This document shows positions 27,091 to 36,822 of a DNA stretch of 64,000 nucleotides, one piece after another (position 1 is the stretch's first letter; each line of letters opens with the position of its first letter). The stretch is from Pseudomonas phage HPP-Temi, in sequence record PP968062.1; one strand, 5' to 3'. The notes beneath the pieces were generated by a model. It saw only the letters and a program-made list of their open reading frames with translations, searched no databases and had not been told where the DNA came from. Both the position numbers and the translations under genes were made by a program.

Positions 27091-28649
27091 TACTCTTCGG
27101 TTGGAAGGTCAAAGAAGTCGTCTACGTTACCTCGGATACCGTGAACGATTGCGGCTGCTTCTTTACGAGAAGTTGCTTTAGCCAGTTGAGTAGCGTGCCG
27201 AATGAACACGTCCGAATACTCCTTCATCAGGGTGAGTTCCTGAGAACTGAGCTTGTCAGACTTCTTACCCAGTTGCTCTGCGATCTCACGGAGACCCGAA
27301 AGCCCATGACGAGCTTCCAACTTACCATTGACCACGCTATCGCGAACGAAAGCTTTAATGATGTCGAATGCCCAGAGGCGTTCTACGTCATCAGTGATCT
27401 TGGTGAAGTCAATCGACATCGGGTCACGGAAAAATTCCCCGCGACGAATGCTATCAGCAGAAAGAGCGGAAATTCGCATAGAGCGAGTGTTACCACCTTC
27501 CTTATTGATCGCATGCGCTTCTTTGGTAATGCGAGCCGATTCATCGATCAGGAGTTGAGCGATAGACGGACCAGCGAACTCTTCACGCAGTGCTTTGCGG
27601 TCAAGTTCATCTTGAGTCGGTTCAAGACTGGTAGTAAGGCGTTGTGCAATAGAAGGACGAGCCAGATCTTCCGGGCGAAGGACCAGCTTGTCTTCTGCTT
27701 CTGCGTAGTACATGTCAGTCAAACCAGGGTTCTGGAGCTGATTATTGATATTGGTGCTGTGTTCAACACCATTAACAACTTGGTCATAGCTCCGGAAAAT
27801 AGAGGGAACAGAACGCAAACGGGTGTTGAAATCCTTGCTATTAGCAATTGGTTCAAACGGAACATTGGGAGGGGAGTTACGTTGAGTACACTCGATAGCT
27901 TTGTTTTCCATACGACCGCTACTAACAAGCCACTCTTCGAACATGACTCCATTGATCTGACCTTCGGCACAGCACTTCTTATAGAAGCTGATGTACTTTT
28001 GGTAGGTATGTACACGGAGTCGGAATGCTTCTCCGTAATGTTCCATCAAATGGTTAACAAGGGGTTTGATGGTAAACAGAGGTTGAGGGGCATTGCTCTG
28101 GTTTTTGATGTCACCTTTCAAGGCCTTCGCCAACTCACGCAAGAACTTGACGTTGTAAGTGCAGAAGTCAGCGCAGGATTCCGGAGGCAACAGCATACCA
28201 CAGATTTCGGTAATGGCTTCAGCGATCAGTTCTTCATCGGTGTTACCGATGTTCAGGTATTCGTCCCGTTGATCTACACCTTCAACCAGTTCAGTATAAC
28301 GCCCAGATTCCAGAAGCTCGATACCTTTAGTGCGATTGCACCACCAGTCTTCGAACAGAGAATCACGAGTACCGGGAGCCTTCAGGAAAGAATCGTAATG
28401 CTCAATCATTGCTTGGACGCGATCCATGGTAGTCTTGGCGAACTGGGCACGGATGTGGCGATCAAGGGTATACGGAGAGACAGAGATGTCCGGAATGTTT
28501 TCCATCAGTTCGTTGAACATCGCTGTAACGAACTTCGGATTCTGGGTAGCAAAGAGCTGGTGATTCTGGGCACCCATAGTTTGATGGAAGAAGCGATCCA
28601 TTGCGGCGGTAACGATAGCGCGCCGATGGGGAGTATAACGGTTATCCAT
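27090..28649 (-). CDS. hypothetical protein (519 aa)
   Basis: AGAGGA SD. Confidence 0.65.
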   Translation of the reverse strand: MDNRYTPHRRAIVTAAMDRFFHQTMGAQNHQLFATQNPKFVTAMFNELMENIPDISVSPYTLDRHIRAQFAKTTMDRVQAMIEHYDSFLKAPGTRDSLFEDWWCNRTKGIELLESGRYTELVEGVDQRDEYLNIGNTDEELIAEAITEICGMLLPPESCADFCTYNVKFLRELAKALKGDIKNQSNAPQPLFTIKPLVNHLMEHYGEAFRLRVHTYQKYISFYKKCCAEGQINGVMFEEWLVSSGRMENKAIECTQRNSPPNVPFEPIANSKDFNTRLRSVPSIFRSYDQVVNGVEHSTNINNQLQNPGLTDMYYAEAEDKLVLRPEDLARPSIAQRLTTSLEPTQDELDRKALREEFAGPSIAQLLIDESARITKEAHAINKEGGNTRSMRISALSADSIRRGEFFRDPMSIDFTKITDDVERLWAFDIIKAFVRDSVVNGKLEARHGLSGLREIAEQLGKKSDKLSSQELTLMKEYSDVFIRHATQLAKATSRKEAAAIVHGIRGNVDDFFDLPTEE

Positions 28650-28690
28650 TTCATTTTCCTCTTTTGGTATTAGGGTGGATATATCAAAAC

Positions 28691-28720
28691 TATGATATAG
28701 ATTTGAAATTATTTCTAATG
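28691..28720 (-). promoter_or_regulatory. early-promoter-like element, subfamily A variant (TATGATATAGATTTgaaattatttctaatg)
   Basis: Lies 40 nt upstream of the minus-strand start at 28649. It also lies 10 nt upstream of the plus-strand ATG at 28731. Confidence 0.4.
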
Positions 28721-28730
28721 GACGAAAACC

Positions 28731-29816
28731 ATGTACATGCTATTCCGGGACGCCCCAGCGCGGCGCTTAGGGCAAGCAGTTGACCCAAAGATCGTCTATA
28801 TCCGTAGGACGTATCGGGAACTGATCAACGATGTAAAGAACTATTACCGTAAGGCTCCAAAGGCTGTCGGCGCGGCAAACATTTTCGCTAACATGATCCA
28901 ACACTTTATCATTGATTGGAAGATCGATGATGCTGCTTGGGCAAAGAAAGTAGAAGATCAAGCAAAAGGCTTGTCACGTGTATTTGGTCTAACCTCTGCT
29001 ATTAATAGAGGAAAGATCCATGAGAAGGGAATCACGCTAGGTCCAAACTGCGAAGAGATCGCAATCGCCAGCTATGAGAAGTTCGAGAAGGAGGGTCTCG
29101 GAAAGCGCTGGAGAGATCTTACTCCTGTTAAGTATCTTTACCATACCCGGACCGATGTGAATCTCCCGATGATGAACAATACAACTGCTGGTAAAGGTTA
29201 CGGTATCATTACCGTTAACATTCCCATGTTGTTGATTCAGTATCGTTACTGGCTACGTTGGCAACAACAGCGTGGTGTAGAACAGTTAGAGAACGCTTAT
29301 CGCTTTGTTGGGAGTATCGTCCTCCCCAACATGGTAGAGAGCTATTTGGATATTGCTTATTTCAATAGGTTATCTCGTCAAGCACAAGGTATCAAGTGTT
29401 TGAGTTTCCCTGTGTCTCATCCGTTCTATCTTACGGATATGACTCCTCGGATTGATAAGCTTGTTGAGAACGTGAACTTCGAGAACTCTATTAAAGGTAT
29501 CGAACTAGAAGGGCTGGCTTGGATTACTCCAGCAATCGTTAAGACTAACTTGTTCGAAGTCATGGAGATTCCTCGGGAACCCATCACGTATCAAAACGAA
29601 TGGGCTTACACTTTAGCTCGGTTACCTTACGTTAAGTATCTGGTAACTATGCTTAAGAAGAATCCAGGTTACGATCGTTCTCAGATGAACGAAGTGTTAA
29701 TCGATTTGATTGATGCTACAAACGACCAAGTCTTTAAGACTGCTGGTAACACTGAGATGGTTAAAGCATTGCGTCGTGACGTTGCTATCCTCATTGAAGA
29801 AATGAAAAAAACATAA
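28731..29816 (+). CDS. hypothetical protein (361 aa)
   Basis: Plus-strand ORF ending just before the hairpin at 29822. No clear SD. Confidence 0.55.
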   Translation: MYMLFRDAPARRLGQAVDPKIVYIRRTYRELINDVKNYYRKAPKAVGAANIFANMIQHFIIDWKIDDAAWAKKVEDQAKGLSRVFGLTSAINRGKIHEKGITLGPNCEEIAIASYEKFEKEGLGKRWRDLTPVKYLYHTRTDVNLPMMNNTTAGKGYGIITVNIPMLLIQYRYWLRWQQQRGVEQLENAYRFVGSIVLPNMVESYLDIAYFNRLSRQAQGIKCLSFPVSHPFYLTDMTPRIDKLVENVNFENSIKGIELEGLAWITPAIVKTNLFEVMEIPREPITYQNEWAYTLARLPYVKYLVTMLKKNPGYDRSQMNEVLIDLIDATNDQVFKTAGNTEMVKALRRDVAILIEEMKKT

Positions 29817-29821
29817 TAAAC

Positions 29822-29845
29822 AGCCCCTACCCGAAGGTAGGGGCT
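29822..29845. terminator. hairpin agcccctacc-CGAA-ggtaggggct followed by TTTATG
   Basis: Shared by convergent genes. The same 24-nt hairpin is at 40623. Confidence 0.55.
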
Positions 29846-29853
29846 TTATGTCG

Positions 29854-30276
29854 TTACTTAGAATACTCAAGCCACTTGTCATAGAGTTCTTTATCTTTCT
29901 CTCTGACAGCTTCTGCCCGAAGACTCTTCAATTCAGCACGAACAACCTTCTGTTTCACGAACTTATAACCGCTAACCCAAATACTGTCTTTGTCTGGAAT
30001 GTTTTCGCATTCAGCGAATACGTTGTCAAACAAGCGAATGTATTTTTGTTTGCGAAGACTATTGCGAACAACCTGCGATTTCAGTAACGGATACTTGGTT
30101 ACCAGTTGATCCCATGCTACTTTGTTGATGGATATACTGATGTGCGATATGTCGATACCGCGGTTAACGCTAACTGCCAACGCGGCCATACCTGTTACAG
30201 TGAAGTCGTTTGCAGAAAGATTGTAATGGCTTTTAACTCGACGTAATGGACCATGAATATGCGACGTATGATACAT
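29854..30276 (-). CDS. hypothetical protein (140 aa)
   Basis: GGAG lies 7 nt upstream. It was preferred over the overlapping plus-strand 79-aa ORF that starts at the hairpin's TATG. Confidence 0.5.
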   Translation of the reverse strand: MYHTSHIHGPLRRVKSHYNLSANDFTVTGMAALAVSVNRGIDISHISISINKVAWDQLVTKYPLLKSQVVRNSLRKQKYIRLFDNVFAECENIPDKDSIWVSGYKFVKQKVVRAELKSLRAEAVREKDKELYDKWLEYSK

Positions 30277-30293
30277 GTTAACTCCGACATAAA

Positions 30294-30311
30294 GCCCAGC
30301 CGAAGCTGGGC
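30294..30311 (-). terminator. hairpin gcccagc-CGAA-gctgggc
   Basis: On the minus strand it is followed by TTTATGTCGGAGTTAACATG, which is the next gene's start. Confidence 0.5.
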
Positions 30312-30318
30312 GTTTAAG

Positions 30319-31488
30319 TTAAGCCTGTTCACCTTCCGGTACAGAGACTTCTTCAACCGGCTTCAGGGGTTGACCATCAGCACGTTCTTGGAACTTGTCC
30401 AGAAGACGCTTTTGGTAATCCGGGATAGCCTGACCAGATACAGTCTCAACGAAAGAGCTCAGAGTGTGGTTCTTGAGGATCTCGCGTTTAATACCGTCTT
30501 GGGTCTGAGTTTGAATCTGACCCAGCTTAGCCAAGATAGAACCACCCATCAGAGCTTTCACCATACCAGACTTACAGTTGGTGATATGCTTAGAACGCTT
30601 GGCACCTTTCTTTTTCTTACGGCGGGTACGCATGCGGGATTCGATCGAATCGATTTCGGTCGGCTCAGCTTCAACAGTTTCCATTTTGCTCAGGTGTTGT
30701 TCCAGAAGGTCAGTAGACATTGCAGATTCAGTATCAGTAGATTCCAACATGATGTTGTTATGTCCTAGTTCACGAAGTTTATTGTACATGTAGAGACGGC
30801 TATTCGTTTTGGGAATGTCGTCCAATACAGGAGAGGAAATGATTTGGAGTTCGCCCGGTTTGAAGCCCTTGGTGAAAACGTCGTTAATACTCAACCATTC
30901 AGGAGGAGTAACGATACCATCGAACTTTGGCATTTCATTACATTCGGTATCGTAGGTGGGTATCTTTTTCATAAGTACCTCATGTCGTGTACCAGGTAGT
31001 TCACCGTTTTTGCTGATCAGGTTATTGTACTGGGTCCATAGTCTTTGGCTTTGCGAAGTTGTCGATCTTGTACCATGCAATACCCAGCTACGACGAACCA
31101 GGGTCATACCAGCCCAAAGAGTTTCTAGTTGATCCTTAGAGAGTTCTTCATGTTCTTTCATGAAGTTAGCGATAAGATCATCTAATTCTTGGAGTTCATC
31201 CGGTAGATATCCTGCAAGTGTATAACCTGAGTAAGAATCTGTAATCAGTTTGCCTTCCGGAGCGAATGCCTGACGTAGAGCAACATCAAAATGGCAGTAC
31301 ATGTTGTAATCCAACAGTAATGCTTGTTCCATATAGGGGTAGTCTAAGCCAAGTGTACAGATCTTTGCGAAACGGCTAGCTCCAGGTTGAGCAATCTCAC
31401 CACATAGATTACCATCCAGTACATTGTAAGTACCGAAAGGAAAAGATACAACTTCTTTATTTTGCGTTGGATTGGAATTATACATCAT
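30319..31488 (-). CDS. hypothetical protein (389 aa) with a Lys-rich patch (RTRRKKKKGAKRSK)
   Basis: Long ORF. Confidence 0.6.
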   Translation of the reverse strand: MMYNSNPTQNKEVVSFPFGTYNVLDGNLCGEIAQPGASRFAKICTLGLDYPYMEQALLLDYNMYCHFDVALRQAFAPEGKLITDSYSGYTLAGYLPDELQELDDLIANFMKEHEELSKDQLETLWAGMTLVRRSWVLHGTRSTTSQSQRLWTQYNNLISKNGELPGTRHEVLMKKIPTYDTECNEMPKFDGIVTPPEWLSINDVFTKGFKPGELQIISSPVLDDIPKTNSRLYMYNKLRELGHNNIMLESTDTESAMSTDLLEQHLSKMETVEAEPTEIDSIESRMRTRRKKKKGAKRSKHITNCKSGMVKALMGGSILAKLGQIQTQTQDGIKREILKNHTLSSFVETVSGQAIPDYQKRLLDKFQERADGQPLKPVEEVSVPEGEQA

Positions 31489-31517
31489 ATTTTCTCATCT
31501 GTGGATTTACGACATAA

Positions 31518-31537
31518 AGGAGTCCCGAAGGACTCCT
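31518..31537 (-). terminator. hairpin aggagtcc-CGAA-ggactcct
   Basis: Family member. Confidence 0.5.
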
Positions 31538-31542
31538 CTGGT

Positions 31543-31707
31543 TTAAAGTTTTCCGATGTAATCAATAATGATCGGTCCCTTGAACTCAATACCACTACGG
31601 ACTATGCGGTCGTTGCATGGTTGCTTGGCTGTAACGATAACCACATCTTTATTAAACGTGAATTTACGCATACGCTCATACAACGCTTTCATTTCGGGGT
31701 CAACCAT
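31543..31707 (-). CDS. small hypothetical protein (54 aa), not in the ORF track
   Basis: AGGTGA lies 5 nt before the ATG. MVDPEMKALYERMRKFTFNKDVVIVTAKQPCNDRIVRSGIEFKGPIIIDYIGKL. It fills the gap between the hairpin and the polymerase gene. Confidence 0.35.
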   Translation of the reverse strand: MVDPEMKALYERMRKFTFNKDVVIVTAKQPCNDRIVRSGIEFKGPIIIDYIGKL

Positions 31708-31717
31708 AGGTCACCTA

Positions 31718-33898
31718 TTAGTAGAAGTCGGAGATCAAACGGGTGTTACCTTTATCGATCAAGAAGATACCCAGGGATTCAAAAATCAAGTAGAACACAC
31801 CCATGGTGTTGGAGATGATCGTGCGAACATCAGCTACACGGGTAATCTCATCGGGAATACCGCGGTTTTCCACAACTGTCATCGGAACGTGGAAGTTGGC
31901 GATACCAGTCTTGTTGTTTTCCATTGCCCAACGTTTAAGGCGCATGGCAAGACCTTTATCTTCGATAGTCTCAACCCACTCATTAAAGCGAGTCTTGTTA
32001 TCGGTTGTTACAGAGATCTTGACGAAGCTGTACGGAGGTTCTTCGATTTCACCAAACGACGGGCTGCAAACTTCTTTCCAGAAAGTGTGCTTAGCATAGG
32101 TGGCGTTATCTTCAGACTTGTACGCATCGATCTTCTTGCACTTACCGGTGGTGAGGTATTCAGCTTTACCAGAACGAACCGAAGCGATGATGTCACGTTC
32201 CAGGTCTGCTACTTCTTTCAGCATTGCGGGAAGATCAAGTGGCTCTTCTGCTTTAATGGACTTAATGATGTCATCCATCATCCGCTTAGCAGTCTTGTTG
32301 ATCTTCGGTGGAACTTTAGAATCTCGCAGACCTACACCTTTAACTTCCATACGAGCTTTAGCGAACATTACGCCCTCCTGCGCGTCCTGAGACGCGTAAT
32401 AGTGTTTTGAACGTGTGGTCAAGGAAAGTACAGCGAAGTAGTATTCGTTCTTCATAGCCAACAAACGGAGCTTCTCTTTCGATACGCCCATGTTAGCCGA
32501 CTGAATGGCGAGGATGTGTGCAACCACACAGGACACCAGGAACACCAATGCAAACACCAGTCGCTTAGCTTCAGCGGTAAAGGTGATCTTACCAAAGAAC
32601 TCTTCTACCCAGTACTGCATGGTAAACATCGTGGAGTCAGTGTCGGAGATGACAGCTGCGCGGCGGTAAGCAGTTGGGAAAGCATGAATGCTAGAAGGTA
32701 CGTTCTTGGTCAGAAGGAGAGCATCAATCAAACGCTTGTATTTCCACAGCGTATCAGAGATGTTCTTACCTGTTGCATAAATCGTGTCGAATACTTCAGG
32801 GGATTCTTTGCTCAGCTTATCATAGTTCCGACCTTTAACCAGATCGAAGCAAATGAAGTTAGCCAGGAGTTGCAAGTCACCATCGTAAGTGTTGTAAACT
32901 TCTTTGGTAACCTTCTGTTCGTCAGTACCTAGTTGAGCAAGCTCTGTCAGGAAACTACGAATCAAAACTTTGTTGTGTTTGTAGACATGATACAGATCGC
33001 CAACATACATAACAGCCGCACGCTGCAATGGAGTGAAACCAGTAACCAACATCCGAATCTGTTCAGTGTAGTCACGATTCTGCCAGTAGTGCGCTGTGGA
33101 ATACAGAACCATTTCAATTACTTCATCCGGAGTCGGGTAATGCATATTGAAATGATCAATGCAATCTTTCAACTTCTTCATGTCGGTGTTGTTAGCAATC
33201 GACAGAAGGTTGGCTTTGGTAATCTCCGGACTATAGTAGTGGCGATTACCAGTGATGAACTTCTCGTTATTCGCGTTAGCATACGAGGTTGCAGTACGAC
33301 AAGTAGACGTCAAGCTGGAGTGAGTCGACTTGTAATACAGAATCGTTGCCGCGCTTACGGTTGCTCCACTGTAGGAGTTATTGTTAATTTTGAAGTTTTC
33401 TTGTTCGCCTTTGCGAACCTGTGCGAGTTCAGCTGCTTCCGGGGTACCTTCACCCTCAAGACGCATTTGTTCTTTCTTAACACGTTTACGGTTTGCTACA
33501 CCTTCAGCGATATACTGAGAGTGGGTAGACTGGCGCTGAGATTCCGGAAGATACACGGTCATACTCGGCGACAGCAAAAGATTCTGTTTTTCTACACGGC
33601 CTAAGAAACCCATGAAGGTGGTTTCTTTCAAACTACGATCGCCTTGAGGATTCTTGTCTAATATCAAGGTCTTTGGATTGTTCAGGGCAAACTGACCCTG
33701 AGGGCGAGACTGTTCCTTCACAAACTCCAAGCAGGTTTCAAATGGATCCCCCGTCATCGCGGAGATGTACAGAGCTTGATCGTTAAGATAACCTTCGATG
33801 ATGTTCAGGTCACGGGTGTAATCTTCAACCGGCAACAAGAACGGGTTAGGAGTGCTGATCTGGTCCATATTTCCTCTCTTAAAATTTAATCTTTTCAA
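31718..33898 (-). CDS. family-B DNA polymerase, polymerase-domain protein (726 aa)
   Basis: Motif B KINNNSYSGATV (K-x3-NS-x-YG) and motif C VISDTDSTMF (YGDTDS). A degenerate motif A may be SMTVYLPES. AGAGAGGA SD. Confidence 0.6.
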   Translation of the reverse strand: MKRLNFKRGNMDQISTPNPFLLPVEDYTRDLNIIEGYLNDQALYISAMTGDPFETCLEFVKEQSRPQGQFALNNPKTLILDKNPQGDRSLKETTFMGFLGRVEKQNLLLSPSMTVYLPESQRQSTHSQYIAEGVANRKRVKKEQMRLEGEGTPEAAELAQVRKGEQENFKINNNSYSGATVSAATILYYKSTHSSLTSTCRTATSYANANNEKFITGNRHYYSPEITKANLLSIANNTDMKKLKDCIDHFNMHYPTPDEVIEMVLYSTAHYWQNRDYTEQIRMLVTGFTPLQRAAVMYVGDLYHVYKHNKVLIRSFLTELAQLGTDEQKVTKEVYNTYDGDLQLLANFICFDLVKGRNYDKLSKESPEVFDTIYATGKNISDTLWKYKRLIDALLLTKNVPSSIHAFPTAYRRAAVISDTDSTMFTMQYWVEEFFGKITFTAEAKRLVFALVFLVSCVVAHILAIQSANMGVSKEKLRLLAMKNEYYFAVLSLTTRSKHYYASQDAQEGVMFAKARMEVKGVGLRDSKVPPKINKTAKRMMDDIIKSIKAEEPLDLPAMLKEVADLERDIIASVRSGKAEYLTTGKCKKIDAYKSEDNATYAKHTFWKEVCSPSFGEIEEPPYSFVKISVTTDNKTRFNEWVETIEDKGLAMRLKRWAMENNKTGIANFHVPMTVVENRGIPDEITRVADVRTIISNTMGVFYLIFESLGIFLIDKGNTRLISDFY

Positions 33899-34024
33899 GA
33901 GATGGCTACGCTAAAACGGGAAAAAAATTAGGACACCCAATGGATGTCCAAAATTGAGCGGTAGCACATCAAATTACTTTCACATATTGATGTGCCTTAG
34001 GGTAAAACTTCGCAACGACATAAT

Positions 34025-34042
34025 GCCCTCCCGAAGGAGGGC
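34025..34042 (-). terminator. hairpin gccctcc-CGAA-ggagggc; two further hairpins (33950-33981 and 33920-33938) with a T7 run on the minus strand
   Basis: On the minus strand: GGACATccattgggTGTCC TAATTTTTTTCCCG just before the polymerase SD. Confidence 0.55.
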
Positions 34043-34048
34043 GATATG

Positions 34049-34456
34049 TTATTCCAAGACTACCGAGTCCGGAACTTCGTTGTTCATCTTGCAAGCATCA
34101 ACAATGCGTTGCAGGCGACGTTCATCGATGTTCTGGAATACGAGGGTAGCTTTCTTGCCATTGTTAATGACAACGCTACCTTCACGAATCCAAGGGATAC
34201 CGAGGTACTGATGCTGACCACCTTCAAACTCAACACGGATGTAGCTGTATTGGGAAGGGTCATTCGGTGTACCCGCTGGGAGAGTCGGGTAAACGTTTTG
34301 GTGAGCAGCGATCAGATCGAAGCCCAGGATACGTACAAGGTTTGCGTCAAGGAAAGCGGCCAGGGTTACGTTCTTGAAGTTGTTACCGTACTGTGCGGAC
34401 GGGTGAACTTCAAAACTGATCTTCTGGCCAATTGCTACGTCGCGAATGGATGGCAT
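34049..34456 (-). CDS. hypothetical protein (135 aa)
   Basis: GGAG SD. Preferred over the mirror plus-strand ORF 34046..34462. Confidence 0.5.
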   Translation of the reverse strand: MPSIRDVAIGQKISFEVHPSAQYGNNFKNVTLAAFLDANLVRILGFDLIAAHQNVYPTLPAGTPNDPSQYSYIRVEFEGGQHQYLGIPWIREGSVVINNGKKATLVFQNIDERRLQRIVDACKMNNEVPDSVVLE

Positions 34457-34480
34457 GATTGACTCCGTTGGAACTGACTG

Positions 34481-34924
34481 TTAAGCACTCATAGGTTTGC
34501 GCGAAACCACAAATGCAAATGAACCGTTCATATCGATCGGCCACATTGACAGTACATCCAGCAAGGGATTATTCAAGCTGAATTCCTTGAAGACTTTATA
34601 CATCTCCACCACATTGATGTTTTCATCGTCAAGCAGATCATCAGTAGCACCTGCTGATTCGAGGATGTGTTCTCCGAAGTTGTTCATGACTTCACGCTGG
34701 AAGTAGAACAGGATACGCTTCCGAATTTGTTCTACCGGAAGCTTAATATCCTTACCCACGGTACCCGCCAGTTCATCTTCTAGCGAGTCATCCACTTCTT
34801 TCTTATCGCGCTCCACGATCCAACGATCCTGGTAAAAGCGCAAGCCGAACCGCTCTGCATACAGAGCTCCAGCTATGGTTCCTGCAATGACGAGATCATG
34901 CATCATCTTCCGGGCCCAACCCAA
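34481..34924 (-). CDS. hypothetical protein (147 aa)
   Basis: ORF on the coding strand. It slightly overlaps the upstream gene. Confidence 0.5.
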   Translation of the reverse strand: MGWARKMMHDLVIAGTIAGALYAERFGLRFYQDRWIVERDKKEVDDSLEDELAGTVGKDIKLPVEQIRKRILFYFQREVMNNFGEHILESAGATDDLLDDENINVVEMYKVFKEFSLNNPLLDVLSMWPIDMNGSFAFVVSRKPMSA

Positions 34925-35678
34925 TCTGTTCTTTGGTTACGTATAACGGAGAGTTGATCTGCCGTTGATAAGCAGCTCGATCTTCCGGTGGCAACATTGC
35001 CAGTTGGAGTTCCTGTTCTCGTTCAAGTCGGGCTTGTTCACGGAAAGGATTGTCTTCAGGTCTATACGGTTCACGTACATGAGGGCCATCAGCTACATCG
35101 CCAACATAAGGTGTGTCGGGGTTATCTCCCACTAGAACATAATAGCTGTCATACTGACCAACTGCAAAGTTCTCAATCTTATCGATCAGACACCCGTTGT
35201 TTTCGAGGTCGTCGATTGCTGGTTTTAGACACTCTCCTAACATACCGGTAGTCTCAGCAAACTTAGCTTCCAGATAAACCATCGTCGTAGGATCTTGTAC
35301 CAATTGTGCTTTTACACTAGGGAAGTACTCATCGACGTAGTGAGCGAAACCCACGTTATCTTTGGCTGGAGCTGTGAGAATGTACTCAACGTGTTTGTTA
35401 ACGCAATCCTGCATCAAGGCAATGACCGAGTCTTCTTCAGCAACGTGATCGTTTTCGTTCTTCGGAACGTGGGACTGGATCATTTTGTTTCGAACAACAT
35501 CGGTCATCTGAACAATCTGCCGATCAATCACTTTCGAGTTGATCATGATCCCGCAAGTACGGGGACCAGCAGATTCTTGGATCTGGGTTTGAGCGATGTG
35601 ATGGGCTCTATTAGCCACACCAATTAGATCAATGGTGCCGTCCGAATTGAAGACACCGTGCATTGCTTGAACGTTCAT
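34896..35678 (-). CDS. hypothetical protein (260 aa)
   Basis: GGAGG SD. Confidence 0.55.
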   Translation of the reverse strand: MNVQAMHGVFNSDGTIDLIGVANRAHHIAQTQIQESAGPRTCGIMINSKVIDRQIVQMTDVVRNKMIQSHVPKNENDHVAEEDSVIALMQDCVNKHVEYILTAPAKDNVGFAHYVDEYFPSVKAQLVQDPTTMVYLEAKFAETTGMLGECLKPAIDDLENNGCLIDKIENFAVGQYDSYYVLVGDNPDTPYVGDVADGPHVREPYRPEDNPFREQARLEREQELQLAMLPPEDRAAYQRQINSPLYVTKEQIGLGPEDDA

Positions 35679-36127
35679 TTGGGAGCCTCCACTGAAAGCA
35701 CCATTATTGAGAGTTTGTATTTGTCATAACCTACTACGTTCACAGTAGAAATTATCTCTGATTTCTCCAGGAACGAACGGAGGGTTGAAACCATATCGTC
35801 TTTGTAGGTGCTTACGCAGACATCCATCAATTCTCGAAAACGGAGCCGCCAGTCGACTGCTTCACCATCGTCGTTAATCGTCTTTATGATGTCCTGACCA
35901 TCGAAATCTTCGCTAATGAGGGAAAGATATGCATCCTCCAAATAAATCTCGTAGAAGCTCTCCCAGACGGGTAAGTGGAAGTGTCCGACGTACTGCCGAA
36001 CACAGTCGGCAAAATAAGTCAGAACTCGCTTAACTAGAAGCGCGTTTTCTTCCTTTACCAACTGGTCGACTAAAGTCTTCGATTCGAAAACTAGTAACGA
36101 TCGCATGCTGTTGCCACTTACTCCCAT
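35675..36127 (-). CDS. hypothetical protein (150 aa, with the start at the ATG at 36127)
   Basis: GGAG lies 7 nt upstream of the ATG at 36127. The track ORF extends to 36187. The gene overlaps the upstream gene by ~98 nt in another frame. Confidence 0.45.
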   Translation of the reverse strand: MGVSGNSMRSLLVFESKTLVDQLVKEENALLVKRVLTYFADCVRQYVGHFHLPVWESFYEIYLEDAYLSLISEDFDGQDIIKTINDDGEAVDWRLRFRELMDVCVSTYKDDMVSTLRSFLEKSEIISTVNVVGYDKYKLSIMVLSVEAPK

Positions 36128-36515
36128 AGTACTCCAACAGGAACCGAGCAGCTGTACCCTTGAACATAATCGGGAAGATCGTCGCAATCCCTCTTGGCAA
36201 TGAGCGCAGGAAGGTTATCGCGTGTTCTAGGAACAACTCTTGGTATCTCTCTGCCAGTTTACCATTATAGCTAAATTGTGGGATATCTACATCCGTCGGT
36301 ATTACCTCTGGGTTCTGGTTAAGCTTCCTAGAAACCTCTAAGACCCAAACAATCACATCATCCCAAACACCACCGGGGCCGTAACCTTTGAACTCCTTCT
36401 TTTTAAAGATGGTTCTATGAAGACGTTCTAGCTCCTCGTAGTTAGGGAAGAATATCCCCAAGTCCATCGAGAAGACTAGGGACGCGGGTAGCGATGACAT
36501 ACACTGCATCTCCAT
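36030..36515 (-). CDS. hypothetical protein (161 aa)
   Basis: ORF on the coding strand. It has overlaps of 74-98 nt with both neighbours. Confidence 0.45.
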   Translation of the reverse strand: MEMQCMSSLPASLVFSMDLGIFFPNYEELERLHRTIFKKKEFKGYGPGGVWDDVIVWVLEVSRKLNQNPEVIPTDVDIPQFSYNGKLAERYQELFLEHAITFLRSLPRGIATIFPIMFKGTAARFLLEYYGSKWQQHAIVTSFRIEDFSRPVGKGRKRASS

Positions 36516-36822
36516 AGGTTCTTAGGTAACGGAGTTCGATGACATGATCTGGGAGGACTGAAAGGATCTCACTCATCTGCTTGCGGATTGTTCGGACAAG
36601 ATGCTTACCAGTATCTGCGTCCATGAAGACTTCAGTAATAATAGCATCGTCGTCCAGGTCAGTTCCGTGTCCTATCTCCGCTTCAGCCATTAGGATAGCT
36701 AAAGCGTTGATATCGGATACCGTGAAACCAGCCAGATCAGCCCATGATTCAACTTGCCTTGAGCGAGGACCATAGAGTACGTCCATGGATAGCCTCACGA
36801 ATATCGTTTCACGCAACTTCAT
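36442..36822 (-). CDS. hypothetical protein (126 aa)
   Basis: ORF on the coding strand. Confidence 0.45.
   Translation of the reverse strand: MKLRETIFVRLSMDVLYGPRSRQVESWADLAGFTVSDINALAILMAEAEIGHGTDLDDDAIITEVFMDADTGKHLVRTIRKQMSEILSVLPDHVIELRYLRTYGDAVYVIATRVPSLLDGLGDILP

Noticed and set aside
29848-30087. Plus-strand ORFs that start exactly at the TATG of hairpin tails (29848..30087, 52552..52776, 34046..34462)
   Set aside because: Each is mirrored by a better-looking minus-strand ORF, with an SD and membrane or globular character, in an uninterrupted minus-strand operon. The ATG exists only because GGCTTTATG is part of the palindromic terminator unit.
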